From contig JAYZBV010000019.1 of the NCBI GenBank assembly GCA_036338595.1, positions 1-55,549 on the forward strand: a stretch of DNA of 55,549 nucleotides, given 5' to 3'. Below, one piece after another: positions 46,172 through 55,549 of this stretch. This DNA is from Planctomycetota bacterium (GTDB taxonomy: Bacteria > Planctomycetota > UBA8108 > UBA1146). The translations under genes and the position numbers were made by a program. The notes below the pieces were generated by a model. It was not told the DNA's origin, ran no database searches, and saw only the letters and a program-made list of their open reading frames with translations. Within the stretch, counting starts at the first letter, position 1. The number at the start of each line of letters is the position of its first letter.

Positions 46172-47542
46172 TCAGCAGCCGCCTGTTAGCAGGCAATCGA
46201 GTGTATCGGAAGTCGGGTCCAGCCCACATGAGTTGGGTCCAGGGGCTGGGGGGAATGGTCCGCTGACGAACAGGTAGTTGAGCAGGTAGATGGTGTCGGA
46301 GATGTCGACTCCTCCATCGTCATTGGTGTCGGTTGAATCCATGCAAGTGGGTATCGGCCCACCAGCGAAGAGCCAGTTGACGATGTACAGCGCATCGGCG
46401 AGGTCGACACCAGAATCACCGTTGCTGTTTCCCCGCTTGAATCCCGGTTGATCGAGGAATTCGACGATTCCGTGATCCAGTATGGGAACAACTGAAAGGC
46501 CGTCAAAGATGACATAGTTGAGGGCCGGCCCCGCGGAACAGTTGGGATCGTTGGGGGGGCAAGAAGGCAGCAGGTATGAGTTGTCGAAGGTGATCTCGGT
46601 TGTTGTCCCGAGCAGCACCGGGTTGGCCAGTGTATCAAACTCCAGACGGAGCAGCGTCTGATCGGTTCCTGCTGGCAGGACCTGACCGCCGTATGGTGGC
46701 AGAAAATCAAAGATGGCAGAGAAGGTCGCGAGCCCCACACCCGGCGCTACATCAGGGTCCATCGCAGGATAGAACAGTTCGATTCCGCCAGGCGCACCGG
46801 GACCACCAGGCATCGCGGAATCCAGCGTCAACCCTGAGTACCAGTCGTGACCATCGATGGGATCGTTGAGCGTCAGGATGGTGTTGTCGTAAGTGAGGGA
46901 GATCTGGAAGCCCTGGATCTCGTCGGCGTGCTCGTAGCGGACGATGGCCTGGACGCTACTTCCAGGGTATGAGGCCATGTTTCCGAAGTAGAAACGGTGA
47001 AGGTTGTTGACCGTGACAGATCCATCGACGAGCTGCGGAGTGATGGAAGCCCCTCCGGATGAGAGAACATTGATCACCGGTGGATCCCCGATTCCGTCGA
47101 CGAACTGAAGCGGGATCAGTTTGGGAAGCGCGCTGGAATCGATGGAAAAGAGCATCCTCAACAGTGAGTTCTGATCGGCCGGTGAAGCGGGCATGGAGAC
47201 TGGAGGTAGGGTCACGCTGCCGTATCCAAAGATCACTCCGGCGAGGAATGTGCCGGTAATGTTGTCGATGCTGGTTCCTGCGAAATCGGGGTCTGCACCG
47301 GCAAGAAGCGCAGAAAGTGAAGTGTCCTGAAAGTCGATGGAAGCCAGGGTCAACTCCGCAGGATTGAACTGGATCCCGATGGCGAAACCCTCGATCGCCA
47401 GATCATGTGTTGCCGTGACGAAACAGGGGATGTTGGTATCCCCTGCGTTGCCAGTGACCTGATCGATGGTCAGGACATCAGCAGCACTGCAATAGGCTGG
47501 AATCACCGTGATGGCGATCATCAGAGAGAGGATGCGTAGCAT
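46172..47542 (-). CDS. Secreted protein: two cohesin-like domains + dockerin-like domain
   Basis: Signal peptide MLRILSLMIAITVIPAYCSA; IEGFAIGIQFNP, IQGFQISLTYD...DFLPPYGGQVLP; FKRGNSNGDSGVDLADA...DTNDDGGVDISD...GLDPTSDTLDC. Confidence 0.75.
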   Translation of the reverse strand: MLRILSLMIAITVIPAYCSAADVLTIDQVTGNAGDTNIPCFVTATHDLAIEGFAIGIQFNPAELTLASIDFQDTSLSALLAGADPDFAGTSIDNITGTFLAGVIFGYGSVTLPPVSMPASPADQNSLLRMLFSIDSSALPKLIPLQFVDGIGDPPVINVLSSGGASITPQLVDGSVTVNNLHRFYFGNMASYPGSSVQAIVRYEHADEIQGFQISLTYDNTILTLNDPIDGHDWYSGLTLDSAMPGGPGAPGGIELFYPAMDPDVAPGVGLATFSAIFDFLPPYGGQVLPAGTDQTLLRLEFDTLANPVLLGTTTEITFDNSYLLPSCPPNDPNCSAGPALNYVIFDGLSVVPILDHGIVEFLDQPGFKRGNSNGDSGVDLADALYIVNWLFAGGPIPTCMDSTDTNDDGGVDISDTIYLLNYLFVSGPFPPAPGPNSCGLDPTSDTLDCLLTGGC

Positions 47543-47688
47543 CGAGAGTTCTCCTCTTCGCACGGGGGGCATCCGGCGTCATCGCACGGATTTCAACATG
47601 CTTCTATCGTATCACCGACCCGTGTGTGATCCACATCCCACAATGATGCTGGTGGGCCCGAGATTTGCCTCAGGAAACAAATACCCGG

Positions 47689-47724
47689 AAAAAAATGCAC
47701 TCCGGAGGGGGCCCTCCGGAGTGC
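47689..47724 (-). terminator. Strong Rho-independent terminator after the 47780-49057 gene
   Basis: Perfect 12-bp stem GCACTCCGGAGG/CCTCCGGAGTGC with A7 on the + strand (U7 on the - strand). Confidence 0.85.
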
Positions 47725-47779
47725 TTCGGTTGATCGCGAGATTGATCATCAGTATCCGAGTTGACGTGAAATCCTCTCC

Positions 47780-49057
47780 TTACAGAGAGTCCGCGTCTCC
47801 ATCACATCCGATTCCGTCACCGGTGGTGGGATCGATTCCTGCGTCGGGGAACGGTGCTGCTGGAGGAGCTCCTCCGGCAAACTGGTAGTTGAAGACGCCT
47901 ACGGCATCGCCAACTCCGATCTGTCCGTTGTCATCCAGATCACATGCATCGAGGCAGCTGGGAGCAGCGCCTCCCTGGAACAGGTACTGGAGTACCGCAA
48001 TTCCATCGGCGATGTTGACGAGTCCTCCATCGCTGTTGCAATCCCCTCTGACGAATGGATTGAAATTAACGATGGTGATGGTTCCTGCGACGAGGTTTGG
48101 AGTCTCCTGGTAGTTTCCATCGACGATCAGGTTCGTGATGGGAGGAGTTCCAGCACTCGGCAAGAATATGACATCGGTGACGGTAGGGTCAGTCTGTCCC
48201 GTGAGATCGCCAATGATCTGAAAGTTCACTGTCATCACTTCCTGGTCATCTCCGATGGGGATGTCGACGGAAGTGTCGAACGCCATGATCAGGCCGGCTG
48301 CAATTTCACCAGCTCCAACATTGCTTGAAGTCTCGACGAAGTCTGCATTGGTAGCGACGCCAGATGCGCTGACTCCAATCATCGAGAGCAATGTCGAATC
48401 GTAGGATCCGGCGATGGAGAGTCCATCGAGTGGACGGACTGTAGAGACGAGCACTGGCAACTGCGCTGATTGTGCAGCGATGCCCATGCCATTGCCGAAC
48501 TTCAGGAAGTTCGGGCTGAGTGTGGTGAAACTCGCTCCGATCCAATCAGGAACAACACTGTCGCCGTTGATGACAACGAGAGTGCTCACACCTGGAGATC
48601 CAGCGGTACAGAAATTGACCGAACTGGTATGACCGACGGCGGCTTCGACCTGGTAGCTGACATCGAGTAATTCGAAGTCGAGTACCTGTCCGAGAGAAGC
48701 ACAACCGGTGAAGCAGATCACGACACCGTTCATCACAGCATCTGCAGAGATGTTTGTATTCTCGAAGTCGGGCGGGCTGCCGTTCTTGACGGTGCTGGTG
48801 CCGGCACCAAGAGCAGTGCTCATCGGTGTCAACTCAGCTGGATCAGAGCAAAGGCTGAAACTCCAGCCTTGAATCTCGGCTGGTTGCAGCACATCCAGTT
48901 TTGCAGTGGCCGTGAACATCGATCCACCAAAGACATCCGAGCTGTCCATGTGCATGAAAAAGCTTGGATCAGATTGAGCAACCGCACTACGACTCATGAC
49001 CAAAACCATGACAAAAGTGGCCGCAACCTTACAGAAATTGCGTACTGAACTACGCAT
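47780..49057 (-). CDS. Secreted protein: two cohesin-like domains + dockerin-like domain
   Basis: Signal peptide ending SAVA|Q; IQGWSFSLCSDP, LDGLSIAGSYD; FVRGDCNSDGGLVNIADGI...CLDACDLDDNGQIGVGDAV...GIDPTTGDGIGC. Confidence 0.75.
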   Translation of the reverse strand: MRSSVRNFCKVAATFVMVLVMSRSAVAQSDPSFFMHMDSSDVFGGSMFTATAKLDVLQPAEIQGWSFSLCSDPAELTPMSTALGAGTSTVKNGSPPDFENTNISADAVMNGVVICFTGCASLGQVLDFELLDVSYQVEAAVGHTSSVNFCTAGSPGVSTLVVINGDSVVPDWIGASFTTLSPNFLKFGNGMGIAAQSAQLPVLVSTVRPLDGLSIAGSYDSTLLSMIGVSASGVATNADFVETSSNVGAGEIAAGLIMAFDTSVDIPIGDDQEVMTVNFQIIGDLTGQTDPTVTDVIFLPSAGTPPITNLIVDGNYQETPNLVAGTITIVNFNPFVRGDCNSDGGLVNIADGIAVLQYLFQGGAAPSCLDACDLDDNGQIGVGDAVGVFNYQFAGGAPPAAPFPDAGIDPTTGDGIGCDGDADSL

Positions 49058-49156
49058 GACACATCCTTCCTGTTGACGGCACAGGGTTGCCGATCAACCT
49101 CGCTATTATTTATCTGCGCATCTTCGAGCGCAGAGGTAGTTCTGTTGGGTTACAGA

Positions 49157-50995
49157 TCAGCAACCCGTATCGTCACTATCACAAACAGGGAGCATGTCCT
49201 CCGTGGGGTCGGGCCCGTCATCAAACGGTCCCGGGTCCGGTGGAGAAGTCCCAAACTTGAAGAGCCAGTTCATTCCAAATACTGCGTCTGCGAGATTGAT
49301 GATTCCGTCATCATTAGCATCGCAGGCGTCGGCGCAGAGGATTGGCAGCCCCGAAAATTGGGATGCAATCGTCGTTGCGGAATCGGCGAGGTCTACCTTG
49401 TCGTCACTGTTACAGTCGCCTCGCTGAAAGATCTCCTGAGGAACCACGATGACGCTGGTGCCGATTCGTTCGAAGTCCTGGACGGAGAGGTAATCGATGA
49501 CAACGTTGTTGTAGAGCATCACACTTCCGTTGCCGTTGATGTTGTCGCAGAAGTAGATTTCCTGAGCGATGTCACATTCTGCAGTCTCATCGACGGTGAT
49601 CTGAATACTGCCAACGAGCAGGTCTTCAGAGGTCGGCGGCAAGGTCTGCCCTTCGAAGGGCGGCAGGGCATCGAGAAGGATCGCAAGGACCATCTCTCCT
49701 GACTCACCATCGGAGCAATCGTCATCGACCTGGTGGTTGATGTATTCCGCACCGACCATCTCCACGATGGAGCCTTCCAGGGAGAAGGTCCCTTCCTCGA
49801 GGGTCAGATCGCAGTCGTAGCACAGTGTGATGGTAATACCCTGGATCTCGTCGTCGGGATCAGAGTAGCAAAAGCTGAGTGTGCCCGTTTGACCATGGAA
49901 TGCGTAGTTACCCGTGTCTTCGTCAAAATCGACCTTTGCAGTCATGATCGTATTGTGTTCCGGAGGAGGCTCGATCGCGATACAGGTCATCGACCCCGCC
50001 TCCAGGGATGGAGACAGCGACAGTCCGCCGACAACGATCACATTGTCGAGAGGAGGGTCTCCGATGTAACTGTTGATGGGAGTCAGGGGAGTGACCAGGT
50101 TGGATTCAGGCAGGTAAAGGATATCGTTGCAGCTGTATCGGTAGGTCGCGATGTGATTGTCGGTCCCCGTGGGAATCGTCTGCCCTTCAAATGGGGGCTG
50201 GAAATCCAGCACGACACCCATCGTTCCGCCGTCAGCGTAGAGATTTGTGACCTCAAATTCACTGCCGATGGCCTCGGTCACTGTACCGGCGAGGGTGATC
50301 TCCTGCAGTGTCAGTTCGCTGCCTCCGTGGGCGATAGCGATCACGAATCCTTGTACCGGTCCTGAACTGTTGGAGAGCAGCACTCGTGCGTCTCCGATGG
50401 ACATCCCGTCCGCCAGGACGGAACTATTCTCTATTCTCAAACTGTCAGGCGGAGGTGGCGAAATCGTGACGGTTCCGTCGATGAGTAAAAGCCCATCGAT
50501 GGCCCCGACAGAGAGTCCACCCTGAACGATGATGTTGTCCAGCGGAGGCGAGTTGAGAACGCCATCCTGGAACTGCAACTCGGACATGATGTCCGAACTG
50601 GAAATGACGGAAGGAGTGAACCTCAGATAGGCTAGACTGGAGCCTGAGCCTGCGGGGATCTCCTGACCCTCGAATGGCGATTCAGTGTCGAGAACCACAC
50701 CAAGGGTCAATCCCCCGGATAGGATCTCTGCCACTACCAGTTCAGCACCGACAGATTCCACATCTGTCCCTTCCACTGTGACTTCCGTTGCGTTCAACAG
50801 CGCCGAGTCAAAGGCGATGGCAAGGACAAAGCCCTGCGTTCCCGTGTCGCTATCAAGAGTCACCGTTGCATTGATGGCCTCTAGGCCCTGAGTATTTGTG
50901 TCCGTGATGCTGAGGGATTGTTGGGCCTGAACCGGAAAGCTCAGAACCAGAACCGTCCACACAGCAACGAACACCTGCCTGAAACAGGTATCCAT
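49157..50995 (-). CDS. Secreted scaffoldin-like protein: three cohesin-like domains + dockerin-like domain
   Basis: Signal peptide ending PVQA|Q (ATG 50995); three repeats of QG[F/I]...[G/A]VVLD..PFEGQ.[I/L]P; FQRGDCNSDDKVDLADS...CADACDANDDGIINLADA...GPDPTEDML. Confidence 0.78.
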   Translation of the reverse strand: MDTCFRQVFVAVWTVLVLSFPVQAQQSLSITDTNTQGLEAINATVTLDSDTGTQGFVLAIAFDSALLNATEVTVEGTDVESVGAELVVAEILSGGLTLGVVLDTESPFEGQEIPAGSGSSLAYLRFTPSVISSSDIMSELQFQDGVLNSPPLDNIIVQGGLSVGAIDGLLLIDGTVTISPPPPDSLRIENSSVLADGMSIGDARVLLSNSSGPVQGFVIAIAHGGSELTLQEITLAGTVTEAIGSEFEVTNLYADGGTMGVVLDFQPPFEGQTIPTGTDNHIATYRYSCNDILYLPESNLVTPLTPINSYIGDPPLDNVIVVGGLSLSPSLEAGSMTCIAIEPPPEHNTIMTAKVDFDEDTGNYAFHGQTGTLSFCYSDPDDEIQGITITLCYDCDLTLEEGTFSLEGSIVEMVGAEYINHQVDDDCSDGESGEMVLAILLDALPPFEGQTLPPTSEDLLVGSIQITVDETAECDIAQEIYFCDNINGNGSVMLYNNVVIDYLSVQDFERIGTSVIVVPQEIFQRGDCNSDDKVDLADSATTIASQFSGLPILCADACDANDDGIINLADAVFGMNWLFKFGTSPPDPGPFDDGPDPTEDMLPVCDSDDTGC

Positions 50996-51139
50996 CTCTA
51001 TCTCCTCGCTCGCCCCCCTCGGGGCTCCCGCTAGCAACTCTTCCCCTTTACGCCGGAGATACCGGCGCAAATACTCTTCCCCTCCGAGCCTGCTGCGGGA
51101 CAGGAGCGGACGGACCCTTCAGGATCGAAGGGCCATTCA

Positions 51140-51168
51140 AGTTTATTGACAAATGTTAACAAGTCAAT
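51140..51168 (-). promoter_or_regulatory. Sigma70-type promoter with overlapping inverted repeat, upstream of the three-cohesin gene
   Basis: Minus strand TTGACT-16 nt-TAAACT; dyad ATTGAC-N12-GTCAAT enclosing the palindrome TGTTAACA (51154-51161). Confidence 0.6.
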
Positions 51169-51177
51169 CCGGACGGA

Positions 51178-53244
51178 TTAACAATCAATTCCATCCAGGA
51201 ACGTAGGATCTGGCCCTGGAGAGGGGTATGGGGCCGGGGGAGCGGCCGTTCCGGTGAAGAGATGGAGTAAGGTATATATCGGGTCAGATATGTCAAGTCG
51301 GCCGTCGTCATTGGCGTCGCAGGCATCGCGACAGGCGGGAGCCGGGCCATCGGAGTAGATCCAGGTCGCGGTGAATATGGCATCTGCCAGGTTCAATGTG
51401 CCACTGGAATCGGCGTCTCCACGGATGAAATCCGGGCCATCACTGACCACCAGCAACTGGAACAGGGTATCGGTGGCCTGGCCTGCGATCACCACCGAAC
51501 TACCGACAACTTCGAATCCTGTCACTGCATTGTCCAGCAGTACCGGGGAGTTGCCGAGTGCGGTCAGAGGAAAGTCAAAGTTGAGTGGAAATCCGAAACC
51601 CGTGAACTGACTGAGGCTGGTGACCTGGCCGAGGTTTTCGACCCCACTGATGAAGGTTCCATCCGAGAAGCAAGCCACGCCGCCTCCCAGGATCAAACCA
51701 GATGTGCTCGGTGGAGTGATGATGCCGAGTGGATTTCCTTCTGCCCCTTCGAGTGCTTCCATACGACGGATCGAAACTGGACTGGATTCAGTATCAAACA
51801 AGAGCCAGTCATCGGCGGCTGAATCGTATGTGATGGAAGCGATGGAACCGGAGTTTGCCGGGAAGGAACTCAGCGGGCTTCCCGTCAAGGGATCCACGAA
51901 GGTGACAAGGCTGCTGTTGGCACGGCTCACGAGCAAGATGTCGAGGATCGAGTTGTAGCCGATTCCTCGAAGGTTGGGCAATCCGGTATCGATGATGCGC
52001 TTCAGATCCAGGTTGGAATCGAGAACATGGATCACTCCGCTGAAGGATTCTGTCACGTAGAGATCGTCCATCTCTGCATCGTATGCCAGATCTCTCGGTC
52101 GGTCTCCGGGGAAGGCGACCGAGCCGGCGAGGCCTCCGGGTCCGTGAATCAGCGAGCAATTGGCGGACTCGATGATGTTCCCTACCACTCCCTGGACCTG
52201 GTAAGCATGTGTGACTCCGGTCGGGGCATCGAGGTCGTTCCATGAGGTAGCAGATCCTGGCAAGGTGTCGACGATGGCGCCGTTTCGGGTGATCCTGAGC
52301 AGGGTGTAAAGGCCCCCTCCACCCGGTCCGCAGTTGCGCCACGAAAGGGACACTGAACCCTCGCCATCGGCAGTACAGACCAGGTCCGCGGGGGGGTAGA
52401 AGCCAGGAACCGTCTGGCCGATCTGCAGCAATGATGTGGAGGTGACCGCCAGCAGGGTTGTCGGGTTACTCCCCTGTGCGATACCCAACAGCTGAGAATC
52501 GATCGTGGAGTCGAATCCGATACCCGAGCACTGTAACTCGCCCGTTTGTACCGAGATCGATCTCAACTCGGCAACACTGGCATCGAAAGCGTCTCCATAG
52601 GTGAAGTCGAGGAATCCCTGGTTGGTATTGGACAGTCTGTACGCGATTCCTACGCCGTATCGGACCTCTGCGCCAGGGATCGGTAGCGTCGAAATCACGG
52701 TTCCCGTGAGCGGGTCGATCTCAATGGCGAGCTGATTGACGGTGTCGCGGGTCCAGAGAGATTCAGACAAGATGTCGTATGTGAGACCCGAGGCACTCCC
52801 TGAGATGCTGAAGGGGACAGGGGCGCCGAGCGCTACCCCTTGATCATTCATCTCGACCAGTTCCAGGGAGGTCGAGTTGAGAAGCCAGAAGGTGTTTGTG
52901 GCCTGGCAGTATGCGATTCCGGAGCATTGTGGTTGAAACAGGGGGGCCACTGCTGCACCGACAGGGTGATCGATCATGTTGGCGAGAGCCAGTCCCGGGG
53001 GATTGGGGATCGAGGAGTAGACGCAGATCTTGCCGCTGGCGCTGTCGATGACCCACACGGTGTCATCGGAAGCATTTCTGGCCACATCGACACCATTCGG
53101 ATTCGCCCCACAGAGACCCACCTCGAGCTGTAGCGTACCCGTCTGACCCTCCAGGGGGAGCGTCAGTAGCATCACCGATAGCATCGAGAAGACCCAGAGG
53201 CAGAACTTGCCTGAAAGGTGGGTGGGGCACGGTTTTGGCATCAT
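51178..53244 (-). CDS. Secreted protein: two beta-propeller-like regions, FN3-like domain, dockerin-like domain
   Basis: Repeats GIAY/GLTYD/DLAYD/GIGYN/SITYD...LW/LYV; FN3-like PPADLVC...VSLSW...RNG...WND...YQV; FIRGDADSSGTLNLADAI...CRDACDANDDGRLDISD...GPDPT. Confidence 0.7.
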   Translation of the reverse strand: MMPKPCPTHLSGKFCLWVFSMLSVMLLTLPLEGQTGTLQLEVGLCGANPNGVDVARNASDDTVWVIDSASGKICVYSSIPNPPGLALANMIDHPVGAAVAPLFQPQCSGIAYCQATNTFWLLNSTSLELVEMNDQGVALGAPVPFSISGSASGLTYDILSESLWTRDTVNQLAIEIDPLTGTVISTLPIPGAEVRYGVGIAYRLSNTNQGFLDFTYGDAFDASVAELRSISVQTGELQCSGIGFDSTIDSQLLGIAQGSNPTTLLAVTSTSLLQIGQTVPGFYPPADLVCTADGEGSVSLSWRNCGPGGGGLYTLLRITRNGAIVDTLPGSATSWNDLDAPTGVTHAYQVQGVVGNIIESANCSLIHGPGGLAGSVAFPGDRPRDLAYDAEMDDLYVTESFSGVIHVLDSNLDLKRIIDTGLPNLRGIGYNSILDILLVSRANSSLVTFVDPLTGSPLSSFPANSGSIASITYDSAADDWLLFDTESSPVSIRRMEALEGAEGNPLGIITPPSTSGLILGGGVACFSDGTFISGVENLGQVTSLSQFTGFGFPLNFDFPLTALGNSPVLLDNAVTGFEVVGSSVVIAGQATDTLFQLLVVSDGPDFIRGDADSSGTLNLADAIFTATWIYSDGPAPACRDACDANDDGRLDISDPIYTLLHLFTGTAAPPAPYPSPGPDPTFLDGIDC

Positions 53245-53479
53245 GGTCCTCTCCGAGCCGGTGCTTACCGGCCCAAGACAGTTGCCGGATCCTCCTCAAT
53301 TGATGGTCGGCGGGCGCCGAGCCGGCTTCCCCCGCGCCCCGGGGGAAAGGTCGGAATCCATCAATATCGGGATCATCTCCTCGCTGGAGGATGGCGATCC
53401 AATTGAACCTGACTTTCTTAGCAGACAGATCCAATGTAAACCCGATTGTAACGCCGGTGCCGTGCTGCGCAAGGGTCCT

Positions 53480-54775
53480 TCAGGGGTAGATCCGATAAAG
53501 CATCCTGGGAAACGGTATACATTCCCGGACATGTTCGATTCCGGCAAGCCAGCAGACGGTGCGCTCGACGCCAAGGCCGAAGCCTCCGTGGGGAGCCGAG
53601 CCATATCTTCTCAGATCCAGATACCAGCGGAAGTCCTCCTCGGAGAGTTGGTGCTGCTGGATCCGTCCCAGCAGTACATCCAGGTCATCTTCGCGCTGTC
53701 CTCCTCCGATGATCTCGCCATAGCCTTCGGGCGCGAGAACATCGACACCGCGGGCGACCCGCGGATCGTCAGGATCTCGCTTCATGTAAAACGCCTTCAC
53801 CTCCTGGGGGTAGCCGTGGACCATCACCGGGCTATCAAACCACGAGGAGATGATGGCCTCGTCGGGTGCTCCGAGATCGCCGCCCCATTCGAAGGTGTGC
53901 CCATCGGCATTCATGCGATCCACCGCCTCGGAGTAACTGATTCTGGGGAAGGGAAGGGTGACCTTACGCAGCGGTTCGATATCTCGCTCGAGCACCTCGA
54001 GGTCATCCTGGCGATGTTCAAGCACTCGCGAAACAATTCGAGTGAGCATCTGCTCGGCAAGACCCATGACATCATCCAGGTCTGCAAACGCCATCTCGGG
54101 TTCAAACATCCAGAACTCTGTGAGGTGTCTACGAGTCTTGGATTTCTCGGCACGAAAAGTAGGGCCGAGACAGTAGACATCTCCGAGCGCCATGGCAGCG
54201 GCTTCCATGTAGAGCTGGCCACTCTGGGTGAGAAACGCCTTTTCGTCGTCGAAGTAATCGACCTCGAACAGTGTGCTGGTGCCCTCGCACGAGTTCGGAG
54301 TGAAGATGGGCGCATCGATACAGGTGAATCCCAGTTCGTGCATCGAATCTCGGATGGTCCGGATCACTTCATCGCGAATATGCATCAATGCGACCTGTTT
54401 CCGCGAACGCAGCCACAGATGCCTGTGGCTGAGCAGGAAATCAGGTCCGTGGTCCTGCTTTGCGATCGGGTAATCCTGCGCCGCTGAGATGACCGCGACA
54501 GCACTGGTGTGCACTTCTACACCTCCAGGTGCACGGTCATCGGCATGCGCCTTGCCTTTCAATTCGATGGCTGATTCATAGGGGATCTGGCCAATACGTG
54601 AGAAATCGTCCTCGCCCACATCATCCCTGGCAACGATGCACTGGACGATTCCAGAACCATCCCTGAGTTGCAGGAAGTGCATCTTCTTGGACGATCGGCG
54701 ATTGTAGAGCCAGCCCTTTAGCATCACATCTTGCTCTGCTGCCCCGGGTAAGTCCCGAACCCTCGTCCTCGACAT
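53480..54775 (-). CDS. asnS: Asparagine--tRNA ligase
   Basis: [70 protein letters not shown]. Confidence 0.95.
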   Translation of the reverse strand: MSRTRVRDLPGAAEQDVMLKGWLYNRRSSKKMHFLQLRDGSGIVQCIVARDDVGEDDFSRIGQIPYESAIELKGKAHADDRAPGGVEVHTSAVAVISAAQDYPIAKQDHGPDFLLSHRHLWLRSRKQVALMHIRDEVIRTIRDSMHELGFTCIDAPIFTPNSCEGTSTLFEVDYFDDEKAFLTQSGQLYMEAAAMALGDVYCLGPTFRAEKSKTRRHLTEFWMFEPEMAFADLDDVMGLAEQMLTRIVSRVLEHRQDDLEVLERDIEPLRKVTLPFPRISYSEAVDRMNADGHTFEWGGDLGAPDEAIISSWFDSPVMVHGYPQEVKAFYMKRDPDDPRVARGVDVLAPEGYGEIIGGGQREDDLDVLLGRIQQHQLSEEDFRWYLDLRRYGSAPHGGFGLGVERTVCWLAGIEHVRECIPFPRMLYRIYP

Positions 54776-54841
54776 CTCGATTCCTTCCTCGCTTGCCTGC
54801 TGACCGTCAACTATCAGATGTTGCCGCTTCGAATCGGATCA

Positions 54842-55483
54842 TCAAGGAGAACCAGAGGAGTACCAACCCCCGGCCTTCATCGCCTCGAGTACAGGACCCG
54901 GAACCCAATCCTCGATCGCCTCACCTGCAGCCAGCATCTCCCTGATCCTGGTCGATGAGATCTTTTCCGAGATCGGCGGAAGTTGCCATGAGATCAACTG
55001 TTCCCACCTCTCATCATCGAGGAAGGGCAGGTGAGATCTCTCCATTCGAGGGGTGGAGTCTGGCCTGTGAGCCACGACCGGGATCGCCAGCTGCCACAGT
55101 TCCTCGGCATCTTTCCAGCTCCCGATGTGGGAAAGGTTGTCGGCTCCAATCAGCCACAGCAAAGGACGTCCCGGATGTGCGGCGCTCATCGAGCGAATCG
55201 TATCGATGGTCCAGGAAGGCCCTTGCCGGTCGAACTCGATCTCGTCATGAACAAAACCATCGATGCTCGAGCAAAGTACACGAACCATCTCGAGGCGTGC
55301 TTCCGGTGGAGCGATGGGGTCTTGCTTCTGGTGGGGAAGGACCCTGCAGGGGATCCAGACCACCTCTTCCACGCCTGGCAAACCGAGCGCAGCGCGCGCC
55401 ATCTCGACATGGCCTCGATGGAGCGGATCGAAGACCCCGCCGAGCATCGCCAGCGGTGCAACCGGGTCTGGCTGTGCTGACAA
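54842..55483 (-). CDS. nadD: Nicotinate-nucleotide adenylyltransferase
   Basis: GGVFDPLHRGH, PHQK, SWTIDT, LIGADN, ISSTRIR; TTG 55483 after GGAGGAGG. Confidence 0.9.
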   Translation of the reverse strand: MSAQPDPVAPLAMLGGVFDPLHRGHVEMARAALGLPGVEEVVWIPCRVLPHQKQDPIAPPEARLEMVRVLCSSIDGFVHDEIEFDRQGPSWTIDTIRSMSAAHPGRPLLWLIGADNLSHIGSWKDAEELWQLAIPVVAHRPDSTPRMERSHLPFLDDERWEQLISWQLPPISEKISSTRIREMLAAGEAIEDWVPGPVLEAMKAGGWYSSGSP

Positions 55484-55549
55484 TTTCTGCCTCCTCCGCA
55501 ATGGCATCGTGGGAATTCCCACTGGTATCGGACCCTCTCCAGCAGTTTG

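Noticed and set aside
53207..54487. Long antisense ORFs (426 aa opposite asnS; also 7015-8142, 16545-17573, 34942-35904)
   Set aside because: Shadow frames of well-supported genes in GC-rich DNA, with no recognisable motifs

Overview
GC-rich Gram-negative bacterial contig start (poly-G at bases 1-22), most likely Planctomycetota. That call is inferred from the many secreted proteins ending in a planctomycete-style dockerin-like domain, the FHA/Zn-ribbon/HEAT-like proteins, and the LPS gene waaA. The backbone is housekeeping: purH, xseAB, alaS, rpmF-plsX-fabD-fabG-acpP-fabF, serA, purF, xerD, dksA-like, pyrD, secA, waaA, metK, asnS, nadD. Three accessory systems stand out. (1) 820-6817: a five-gene MglA/MglB small-GTPase operon with a tail-anchored MglA, three Roadblock-type domains and a DUF4388/PATAN-TM-beta-propeller receptor-like protein. 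(2) 31093-34090: a degenerate (ChpT-like) histidine phosphotransfer protein and an NtrC-family enhancer-binding protein, followed by a clean sigma54 -24/-12 promoter leading into a hairpin-rich non-coding region (candidate sRNA). (3) 34417-35703 and 45243-53244: six secreted acidic proteins, each ending in a dockerin-like domain. Five also carry 1-3 cohesin-like domains and none has a recognisable catalytic domain, making them a candidate self-assembling cell-surface meshwork. Other oddities are a HARP-like domain fused to XseA, a Lys-free acidic porin with a tandem paralog, a Zn-independent-type DksA and an insertion in XerD. All domain calls are by-eye motif recognition; no database searches were run. 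No tRNA, rRNA, CRISPR array or transposase was recognised.
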